Notes under the pieces: generated by a model | The model's database searches: none | Told to the model about the DNA's origin: nothing | The model's input: only the letters and a program-made list of their open reading frames with translations | Made by a program: the position numbers and the translations under genes | Assembly: GCF_011386835.1 (NCBI RefSeq) | Contig: NC_088797.1 | Span: 29,450,001 to 29,514,000, forward strand | Source: Chrysemys picta bellii | Taxonomy: Eukaryota | DNA length: 64,000 bases | Reading direction: 5' to 3' | Part shown: piece by piece, positions 34,331 to 44,964 of the stretch | Layout of the letters: the number at the start of each line of letters is the position of its first letter | How positions within the stretch are numbered: position 1 is the first letter of the stretch

Positions 34331-35018
34331 ACATCTTACTTTAATCCAGCACCTGGGAGAAATGATACAGCCGGTGTGTGCTGGAGGGCTTGGGCTGGAT
34401 GGGTGTGGTAGTCTGTTTTGGGCATGGAATCTCTGAATTCCCCTGTTCATTCCCTTTCCTGTCATGTCACAGGGGGTGATCCTCTTTCTGCAGAGCCCTA
34501 TGAAGTATCTGGGCCTGGCCTCAGCTCAGCTGGGATCTCCAGGAGCCAGACCTGTGCATTTCAGCCTCTCATTTTCAAAGGAGAGTGGCCCGGCTGGCTT
34601 AGGGGGCAGGGGAAGGGGCTGCTGGCTCTGATCTGGGCCTTGGGCTTTGGAGGGACTGGTTGGTGCGGAGGTATGGGATACAGGGCCTTTCCCCTCCTGG
34701 GGACACCGGCACTGGTGCCTGTACTGTGGGTCAGTCAAGTTGGGGGTCCCAGCATAGCTCTTAGGGGGACCATCTTCTCCCTTGGAGGCTGGATCCAGGA
34801 GGAAGTCAGGTTCTTGGGGTGACTCCTCCCTTGCAGGAGCTGCTCTGCTTCCACTCTCTGCCCGCCCCCCTCCCGTCGCCGCGCGCCCCAGAGTCAGTGG
34901 GGGTGGATCCGGAACCTTGAGTTGCTAGGGTTAGTCTCCCCCGGAAGGATCCTTTTGAGTGCGACACCGTATCTGGCTAGGGGACTGTTTTCCGGTTACT
35001 CCCATCCACAGCCATTGG

Positions 35019-35032
35019 GTTGCCGTAGCAAC
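35019..35032. promoter_or_regulatory. RFX X-box in the BBS1 promoter
   Basis: GTTGCCGTAGCAAC matches GTNRCC(N0-3)RGYAAC, 27 nt upstream of the BBS1 ATG, within a GC-rich segment starting about 34855. Confidence 0.75.
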
Positions 35033-35058
35033 AGATCCTGCCAGTCCTGCAGAAGGAC

Positions 35059-38000
35059 ATGGCGGCCGTCTCCTCCTCCTCCTCCAGCAGCGAGAGGTGT
35101 GTGTGGCGGGGGTGTTGGTGATCCCTGAACCCCTCTTTCATGGGCCTGATTAACTGGGGGTGGCAATGTCTGGGATCCTCTTCCCAGCGCAGGGAGGGGC
35201 TGGGAGCCAGGAGCCAGGACTCCTGGGTTCTATCCCAGCTCTAGGAGGAGAGTGGGGGCCAGTGGTTAGAGTAGGGGAGGGGCTGGGAGCCAGGACTCCT
35301 GGGTTCTAGCCCAGCTCTAGGAGGGGAGTGGGCTTTAGTGGTTTGAGCAGATGGGGAGGCATTGGGGCGGCTGGAATTTCTGTTCCATGTGTTGATTGAA
35401 ATATATCCCAGTTTCTCATTGTCGCTCTGTGTCTACCTGTCTCTTTGTGTCCCCACCCTGTCCACGTCCCTCTCCAGTAATGAAGCCAACTCCAAATGGC
35501 TGGATGCCCATTACGACCCCATGGCCAATCTCTACACCTTCTCCTCCTGCATCGGTAAGTCCAGGATCCTCCCATAAAGTGCCCTGAGCTGAGAGAGCTG
35601 GGGAATGGGCCAGTGGGATTCTCCTGGGTGGAGGCCCATTGAGTGGTTAGAGGTGGGGAGGGAGGGGGAAAAGGGCCAGGAGTTCTGGCTCTGCAAGGTG
35701 AGTGAGGGCTAGTGGTTAGATTGGAGGGGGGCTGGGAATCAGGACTTTTTGTTTCTATTCCAGTGGTTATAATGTGTGGGCGGTGGGGTGCTGAGAATCC
35801 AAACAGCTGTGTTCTGTTCCTGCCCCTGCCATGTTGTCTCTGTAGGTGCTTAGATAAGTCCCTTCCCTTATCTGCTCCCCACATTCTCCATCAATAACTT
35901 AGTGAGGTACCTTGCAAAGGAAGCTCTTCTCAAGGTCACTTAAGCATGTGTGGTGCTGGCGGATGGCAAAGCGTAGTTATGTACAGAGCCATGGAATCCC
36001 AACCCTGGGAATACAAAATAAACCCTCCCTCCCACCCACCCAGGTTTGTTAACACTCAATGGGAATGGGACTCCATAGACTCCTGTCTCTCAAGGTGAGT
36101 GTGTGAGACGCACAGCCACAGCAAACAGGACGTGGAACTTAAAAACACAGGGAAAGGCAATGAAGGGGACGGTCTGATGCTTATTTAACTCTGAGGCCTG
36201 GTTGGCAGGAAAGTGTTCTCCATTAAGGATTTAACCCCCTCCAACCCTTCAGTGACAGAGCCCCAGCTCCACATCTCTAGGTCCTCCAAGGAGAACTCAT
36301 TGGAAAGCAGCTGTTGCATTCCTGATAGTGCTGGGAAGAAAACCTTATAATTGTGTTCATTATCTCCTCCCAGAACTGGGGATAAACCCAGGAGTCCTAG
36401 CCCCCCAGTTCTAACCTCCTGGACCCCACTCCACTTCCAAAGCTGAGGTGAAAAACTTGGTTCCCAGCCTCCCTCGGATCACCATTAAATAACTAACTGT
36501 AGCGCATAGCAAGCTTCCAGGGCCCTGTGTAATCCTTTCTAATTGTTGTATGCAGTGTAGTTGTAGCTGTGTCAGTCCCAGGATATTAGCGAGACAAGGT
36601 GGGGGATTGAATATTTTTTATTGGAACAACTTGTGCCGGTGAGAGAGAGAGACACTTTCAGAGTACCTTTCCCACACCTGAGGAAGAGCTCTGTGTAGCT
36701 TGTCTCTTGTAACTTGTCTCTCTCACCAACAGAAGTTGGTCCAATACCTTGTCTCTCTAACCCCTTCTATGGCACTTTGCCTTCATCGTGTCCACCACTA
36801 ACATCCCTGGGAGGGGAAGATGGATGGGAGCTGTGCTGCTAGGGATAATGACTAATACTGCTGGGCTCATGCTAGCTAGGGCCTGTGGAGGGCCACCCAT
36901 TACAGGGGTCTCCCCTAGGATATATCCCCCGACCTTTCATGCCACTTGTGGACATTTATGAGACCCTGCTGAGAGCATCCCAGAGGGGAACCAGACGCAC
37001 AGCAGTGATAGACACAGCCCTGTGGTTACAGAGCACTGAGCATAGTGGTTAGATGGTCTGCCTTACAGAGCTGGGGATAGAACCCAAGAGTCCTGGCTCC
37101 CATCCCATCTGCTCTAACCACTAGTCCCCACTCCCCTCCCAGAGTTGGGGATAGAACCCAGGAGTCCTGGCTCCCAGTCATGCTCTTACACTCCATGTTT
37201 CCAGAGCCCCTTTCATCTCAAAGTCCTTCAAATTATTACATGGCTCTGGAGCACAAGCCTCCTCAGTTGGTATGGAATGAGCCAATGCATCTGCGAGGAG
37301 AGAACACCTCCTACTAATTCCACTCCCTGCAGCACAGTGCCCCCTGTCACTATGCTGGGGCACTGTGGTCAGCATTAATTGGGAGGGGAGAGCGTCCCCT
37401 TGGTCTCCCATGCAGATACTGGGCATGGCTGGACCTGTTTAGCACGGGGGGAGGTTGTCAGGGATGCTGACTCCACATCTGTCTTTTGTTCCAGCACTGG
37501 CTGACCTGCATGGTGATGGAGAGTACAAGGTGAGGAAAGCTGGCCTGCCTGCCCCCCCACCCCAACCCCCAGGCAATGGGCCTATCCAGCCTGGTACCTC
37601 CCCCCCCCCACCACCTCCCAGATCAGCCTGGTATCCCTCACACTCCACCCTGGCTTTGGCACCCCCCCCCCAGGGGCAAACAGCATCTGGATGGGGATTG
37701 TGTCTCTTGGGGCGGGATGGGGGCAGACATTTAGGGTGGGGGTTGTCTCTTGGGGTGGGAGTGAGTATTCTGGGCCGGTTGCCTCTCTGGGCAGGAGGGA
37801 GTGAGGGTGCCTGTGCCCAGCTCAGAAGGTGGGAGCTGCCCTGGGGTGGGGGTGAGGACCCCCCAGCACTGCCCTTCTGTCTCTGTCTCCTCCCCCCCCA
37901 CAGCTGGTGGTGGGTGACCTGGGCATGGCTGGGCACACCATGAGGCTGAAGGTGTACCGGGGCACAGGGCTGGCCAGCGAGAGCACCTTGTTGGACCTGC

Positions 38001-41000
38001 CGTCTGCTGTTGTCACCTTCCTGATGGACCAGAATGAGCCACGCACGCCTGCCGTGGCTGTGACCTCCGGCCCATTTGTCTATGTCTACAAGAACCTGCG
38101 GCCCTACTTCAAATTTACCTTGCCCCCCCTGGATGCCAACCCCCTGGAGCTGGACGTCTGGGAGCAGGCCAAAGAGGTGAGCAGGTGGGGGGTGGCATGG
38201 CCATCCCAGGGTACCAGTCCACACCCCTGTCCCCCACCTCAAACCAATGGGCCCACCCCTCCCTGGCACTCCACATCAGACCCAGCTCTGGGAGTGGAGT
38301 CTAGTGGTTAAAATGGAGGGGCTTGGAGCCAGGACTCCTGGGTTCTATTCCCAGCTTATAGTCATGTGCCTTCCCATCTCTCTCTATCTGCATCTCGTTC
38401 CAGGACATGATCGACCCCCTGACTCTGAAGGAAATGCTGGAGGGGATCCGGTGAGTGTCTCTTCCTTCCCCCCATGGACTGTCACATCACCATGCCCCCC
38501 CAAAAACTTCGTCCTGGTCCTTGGCTTAGCAAGTGCTGGGAGCTAATGCCAGAGGCATTTAACATTCGATCCCTGGGTGTGGACTCTGGGGAGATCCTTG
38601 AGGTTAGAGCCGGGCATGCTGAGAGCCAGGACTCCCGGGTTCTATCCCCAGCTCTGGGAGGGGAGTGGGATCTAGTGGTTACAGTAGAGGGGGTGGGAAA
38701 TCAGGACTCCAGTGTTCTGTTGTGGATGGCAGGGTCTGTGATGGTGAATGTATCGTATTGAGTTTCTGTCCAATGTCTTCCTCTCTGTTCAACATCTTCC
38801 TCTCCTGGTGTGTGTCAGGGACAAGGCGGAAATCCCCCTGTCGGTACGATCACTGAGGTAAGGCCATATGGTACCACTGAGGGCAAGGAGTGGCATGAGC
38901 ACCTCACCCTCCAGCGATTTCCTGGCTAGCACCAAAAACGTGGGCTGGGAGCTCTAGGAGCCTGATTTTTGTAGGGGATTGGAGCAGGGAGATTGAGGCT
39001 GGTGGCCAAAGGAGAATGTGTGAAGGGGTCAGGGCTGGATCCTGGCAACGGGGAAGGCAGATGGTGTAGGGAGCACAGGCTGGGGATTGGGGATCAGGGA
39101 GGGATCTCAGCAGTAGAGGAGGCGGGTAGCGTGCGGAGCACAAGACTGGGAGGTGACGGATCTCGGCAGTGGGGGAGGCGGGTGGTGTGTGGAGCACAAG
39201 CTGAGGGAGGGATCTCGGCAGTAGGGCAGGTGGGTGGTGTAGGGAGCACAAGCTGGGGCGGGGGGGATCGGGGAGGGATCTCAGCAGTGCGGGAGGCGGT
39301 TGTGTGACAAGGGTCGTGTGGGGAGCACAAGCCGGGAAGGTGGGGGTCGGGGAGGGATCTCGGCAGTGGGGGAGGCGGGTGGTGTGGGGAGAACAAGCCA
39401 GGGAGGTGGGGGTCGGGGAGGGATCTCGGCAGTGGGGGAGACGGGTGGTGTGGGGAGCACAAGCTGGGGAGGTGGGGGTCGGGGAGAAAGCTCGGCAGTG
39501 GGGAGGCGGGTGGTGTGAGGAGCATAGGACGGGAGCGGGGACGTTTTCCCAAAGCTTGGAAGGCTCTCAGCAGCAGAGCTCCTGTTCTAAGGGGTAGGGG
39601 GGGACACTGGGCCAGAGGAGGCTGTGTCACTATCCCACAATCCCCTTCTCTGTCTCCCCCACCCCTAGGTTCCTGGCCCAAGATGTACCAGAGATGGAGA
39701 ATTTTGTGAACCTACATAAGGGGCAACCGATCAAGCGCCAGGTGGGTCCCTGCCCTGCCCTGAGTCTGGGGAAAACTCCCCAGTGGACCCTCCCAGAGTA
39801 GGGGACTCGGTGGGGTGGGGGTTAGAGAAAAGGGGTATTCTAGCATTGCCAGTTCCCCACCGATGACTTGCGGGTCCCAGAAGGGCCATCCGGGTACCCT
39901 TACTTCCCAGCATGCCCCTGAGGAGACTGGCACTGCCCACCCTTGGTAGAGAGGGGGACTGGGGAAGGGGGAGGTTCATGCCCATCTCCCTGTCCAGACT
40001 GTCATCACCTGCATGAGCACGCTGAAGAAGAACATGGCGGATGAGGATGCGGTCAGCTGCCTGGTGATCGGGACGGAGAGCGCCGATGTCCTCATCCTGG
40101 ACCCTGAGGCCTTCACTATCCTGGCCAAGGTGAGTGGGGTGCCGGGTAAGGGGGTCTGTATATAAACAGTCCCCGCATCCCACCCCAGAGGTGGCTGCAT
40201 CTCAGCACCAGGCAAGGGACCCCTGATCATATGTAGCTCGTTCCCATGGGTGTGGGGCTGCCCCAGCTCTCCATTTGCTGTTGCAGATGACGTTGCCGAG
40301 CGTGCCAGCCTTCCTGGACGTGATGGGGCAGTTCGATGTGGAGTACCGGGTCACGGTGGCCTGCCGGGACGGGAGCATCTACATCCTGCGCAGGTGACAG
40401 CCATCTGTCTTGGAGCCTGGGGCTGGAATGGGGCAAAGGGGAAGGCAGAGGAGTGCTGAGGAACATAAGATAAGGAACCTGGTATGTCTCCTCCTCCCCC
40501 CGGATCAGACCTATGGTCCTTTCCAGCTTGGTATTCCCTTCCCTCTCCAATCAGACCCATGGGCTTATCCCAATACTCTGCCTCTCTGCTGCCCCACTGC
40601 CCAACAGCCACCCATGCCAGTTGCCCATAATGCACCTCTGTAGCGCTCTCCCATAGGGATGATTCCCTCCATGCAAGGGCTCAGCCAAGCCCAGGTGCCT
40701 GAAGGTTTGGTCTTGCTGTAACATCCCTACGAGTGAGGCCTGTCTGTGCCCATTCCCTGGGCACAGGGGGTGGGTGGGGGAGTGACGGGAGCCCACAAGG
40801 CAGGGGTGCAAGGAGGGAGCTGGGTGGGGCAGCAAGCACTGGGGCGGGCTGGCACTGACCTGTCTGCCCTCCCTTCCCACTCCAGGGAATCCAAGCGGCC
40901 CAAGTACTGCATCGAGCTGAGTGCCCAGCCCGTGGGGCTGGTGCGGGTACACAAGAATATCGTGGCCGGCTGCTCTGACGAAACCCTGCAGGGCTATACA

Positions 41001-44000
41001 CAGAAGGTGGGAGTGGGTGAGGGCACCTGCTACGGGGCACTAGGGGTGGGGCAGCTGGGCAGGTCTTGGAACCTATGTGCCCCCAGATCTGCTCCCTACA
41101 CCACCTGTTACCAAGGTGCCTCTCCCTGGGAGGACCAGCAGGAGATCTCCATACCTCCATTCTAGGTCTGGTCTGCTAAGGGGGCCAGTGTCACAGGGGT
41201 GGCACGCAAGGGATCCTTGTATAAATAGTCCCCCTCCCCCATCCCAGAGGCAGATAAACAGTCTTGCACCAGAAATGGTTACATCTAAGTGCCAGATCTC
41301 TTTCTCTTACAGGGGAAGAAGCTCTGGACAGTCTATCTGCCAGCCCCACTAATGACTATGAGCCTCCTAGACCAGAAATCACGCGGCTTCCAGGCCGTGA
41401 TGGTAGGTCTGGCCAACCAGGAGGTGCACATGTACCGGGACAAAAACCTTGTGGACATCATCCGCACGCAGGTAACTTTCCCACCAGGCAAAGCCAGTGC
41501 CAGGGTTAATGCAGGACTTCTGGGTTCTATCCCAGCTTTGGGCGGAGAGTAGGGTCTCATGGGCTAGAGCAGGAGGCTGGGAGCCAGGCCTCTTAAGTTC
41601 TATCGCTGGTTCTGAGAAGGGAATGGGGTCTAGTGGCTTAGAGTGAGGAGGCTAGGAGCCAGGATTGTGGATCTGATGGTTATGGGGGAGCCAGGACACT
41701 GGCCGAGCTGCCTGATATCACATTTCCACCCCCCCTCGCTCCCTCACAGGACGTGGTCACCAGCATTTGCTTTGGCCGCTATGGGCGTGAGGACAACACC
41801 CTGATCATGACGACTAAAGGTAGGCAAGGGGCATGCCGGGCGGGCACCATTCAGTTCCGTGCAATTGCTTCTGTGCAGTAGTGAATGCACCCTGCAGGGG
41901 ATGCTGCCGGCTGTGTGCAGGACACCCTGCCCAGCCCCATCTGTAAGGACACCCTGACCCTAGCTTAGAAATTCTACTCTCAGGCATCTGGGCATCAGCT
42001 GGGCTCCAGCTGGTGGGTCAGGAAGGAATTCAACTCCCGTGGGACAGTGCAGTGCAGCAAGGGGCATTAAGGAGACAGTACACCATGGGGAATAGGCCCA
42101 CAGGTCTGATCCAGGGAGAGGGGATTCAGGACCTTTGTGCCCATTTGTGGTGGTCCCACCCCACAGGCGGGGGGTTGATCATCAAGATCCTGAAGCGCAC
42201 GGCCGTGTTTGAGGAGAAGGACACGTCGCTGGGCCCTCCTGTGGCCCAGAGCATCCGACTCAGCGTGCCCAAGAAGACCAGGCTGTACGTGGACCAGACG
42301 CTGCGGGAGCGGGAGAATGCTGTGGGTGAGTAGGGCACGAATGGTGGGTTGAGGAGGGGGACTGCTTGTGGGCAGGTTGAGGATGGAGCAGCTGGGAGTG
42401 TAGGGGAATAAGGAGGGGGAATAGAGATTAGGGGTGGGAGGCAAGGTGGGGCATCTCCCATTCCATTTCCCATGCTCCCCCGGCCATGAGTCTCCTCCCA
42501 TGCGCCCAGCCGTAGAGTCACCAGTCCCACTCTGAGCATCAACCATGGGAAAGAGAGAAGCCACTGGATTGGGATTTACTTACCAGCTCAGCATGTCCAT
42601 GCAAATGCACTGACCAGCCACTGGGGGCGCTGTGCTGCAGGGAGCAGGATGGGGACTCAGTGCTGACCCTGGTGCCAGCGGAGCGACACTAAAGGTCCCT
42701 GTGCTGCAGATAAGGCATAAAGCCAAGATCCGTTGTGATTGGTAGAGATCCCCCTTATTGATTGGCTGCTGGCCCCAGGCTGACTGTCTGTCCTCGCTGT
42801 CCCTTCACCCCTCGCCAGCCATGCACCGCGTGTTCCAGATGGACCTCTACCGGCTGCGGCTCATGGCAGCCCGGGCCTATGTCAAGGCGCTGGAGTCCAG
42901 CCTGGTGCCCGTCACATCCACACTTCAGGAGCCCCTTAAGATGAATGCCGTGGTGAGTGGGTCATGGGGACACCAGACCCTTGGAATGAGGAGGGTATGG
43001 GGCATTTGGAGGGAGCCAGGAGACGGGGTGAGAAAATTCAGGATTGCGCAGGCGGAGGCTGTTCTTCCACAAGGATACTGACCCACGGGGGAGGGGTCAG
43101 CGAGGAGCCACGCGAACAATGGAAACCCTGGGCCTCAGGGAGCCCTAGTGGAAGAGTTCCTCTGAGAGAAGGTCCTGAGGGGGCTTGTCCCGGTCTCTCT
43201 GCGTAGTGGGGGGATTTGTGGGAGCAGGGGGTTCATGAAGGTCGCAGACAAAGTCTGAGCAAGAGCCAGGAGCCACCGTCAGCCACAGCCAGTGTTTAGC
43301 AGGGAGAGGGATTTGCCCTTCGGACAACAGGGGGCAGGGAACTCTCCATCGCTTGGGGGCTTTCAATCCAGAGGGGATGTGGCTCTAGCTCAGTGAGCAG
43401 ATCTGGGCTGAACTCCGGAATGGTGGGGGTGAGATTTGGGATTCAATCATCTCTTTAGATTTCCAGGGGTCCCTTCTTGTGGCTCCTGTGATGGAGAACC
43501 CCTCCCCCCCCCCAACCCCAGGCTGACTGGATTGGCTGTGGGATCAAGGACTCCTCTCTCCTTTGCACTGAACCTATGCTCAGGATCTACCCCACCCCCC
43601 CTTCCCCAGGTCCAGGGTATCGGCCCCACCTTCAAACTGACCCTCCACATTCAGAACACGTCAGCTGGGCGCCCCTCCATCAACCTGCTGGTGAGCTTCC
43701 TCTACGACCAGAGCCTCTATGCCATGAAGAGAGCCTTCTTCAAGGTACTCCCACCCCCCAACACCTCTGACCACCCCTACAGGCCCCTGCACTCTGCCTG
43801 ACTCAGCTTTGTCTCCCTACAGGCCCCCATGCTGGTCCCGGGACTGAACTACCCCATTGAAACCTTTGTGGAGTGTCTGAGCGACAAGGGGATCTCGGAC
43901 GTCATCAAGGTTTGTAGAGGGACACCCCACCGCAGAGAGATGCCTGACCCTTTAAAATGCTCCCACCTCCCTCCTGGTGTGGGTGGGTGGGGGGTTAGGA

Positions 44001-44203
44001 CCCAGAGGTGGCTGCATCTCAGTGCCAAGGGAGGGATCCATGTATAAGGAGGCCCTGCACCCCACCCCAGAGGTGGCTGCATCTCAGCACTGGGCGCTCT
44101 GTCTTCTCTCTTGCAGGTGTTTGTATTGCGGGAGGGCCAGAGCATGCCCTTGCTGACTGCCCATATCAACATGCCAGTGAGTGAGGGCCTGGTTGCTGCC
44201 TGA
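35059..44203 (+). CDS. BBS1: Bardet-Biedl syndrome 1 protein (BBSome subunit), 17 exons, 590 aa
   Basis: Exons 35059-35096, 35478-35554, 37495-37529, 37904-38176, 38404-38450, 38819-38857, 39669-39741, 39998-40129, 40287-40393, 40886-41006, 41313-41471, 41750-41819, 42167-42325, 42819-42952, 43610-43744, 43823-43909, 44117-44203; total 1773 nt, open. Motifs [52 protein letters not shown]. Confidence 0.97.
36555..36760. mobile_element. Penelope-type short repeat
   Basis: cccaggatattagcgagacaaggtggg...acttgtctctctcaccaacagaagttggtccaata; same family as the host at 10620-11210. Confidence 0.65.
39060..39530. repeat. G-rich degenerate minisatellite in BBS1 intron 6
   Basis: Repeats of gggatctcggcagtgggggaggcgggtggtgtggggagcacaagc (~60 bp). 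Confidence 0.75.
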
Positions 44204-44662
44204 ACCGCCTCTGGGGGGCGATAGAGACCAGAGCTGCAGTAGATCCCCTAGGAGCCCTCACTGGATCAGAGCCAGGACTGGGAGCCGAGGCCCCCTGCTG
44301 TGCAGTGACCCACCAGCTGCCCCCAGGGTGCACATTGCTGACTTGGGACCATGTAGAGTGGGGTGTCAGGGTTGCTGCTTCCCCAAACCGCCACCTGGGG
44401 TGCAGACCCAGCTGCGTTGTCTGGGATCAGGCCAGCTCCTTACATCAGAGGTGGTGGGGGGAGGTCTTATGCCCAGGCTGGAATTAAGAGCTGCTGGGGA
44501 AAGGGGTGTTTCTCCCCCATCATGGCCCTGGGGGCAGCACCTGGAAACCCCCTTAGCTGTGATCGTAGCATCTCACTAAAGCCAGCACCGTTGCTGTAAC
44601 GAGGGTGCTGGTGTGTGGAGTGCGTAGCATGGTGGGAGTCGGGTGGTACACTCAAGTTAACA

Positions 44663-44721
44663 ATTAAACAACCTCCCCCCATCAAAGGGGCCACACACAC
44701 AGCCCATAAAAGCAGTTTAAT
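44663..44721. terminator. Convergent poly(A) signals of BBS1 (+, ATTAAA 44663-44668) and CTSW-A (-, ATTAAA 44716-44721)
   Basis: Variant hexamers on opposite strands about 50 bp apart between the two stop codons. Confidence 0.5.
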
Positions 44722-44964
44722 GGCAGTTTCACAGGCCCCTTTCGCTGCTGCAGCAAAGGGAAGGAGCATTCGCGTGGAGGCAGTGTTGCTGGAAGGGCCG
44801 AGCCCAGCTCTGGGTACCTGTGGGGATGGAGCTAGAGCAGTCTGAGTATCGAATTCATTCCCCCATCACCCAGGGAAGGCCCGTGGCCCCAGTTAGTTCT
44901 GTCTTGGTGGTAGCAGGGGTCTTGGCAGGAAGTCAGCAGGCTCTCTGCAGCAGCAGCACCCCCT

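Noticed and set aside
35200-35345. tRNA genes from gtggttagagc...ggactcctgggttctatccc motifs (many copies)
   Set aside because: Only degenerate A/B-box-like pieces with no cloverleaf; a dispersed SINE-like or satellite repeat.
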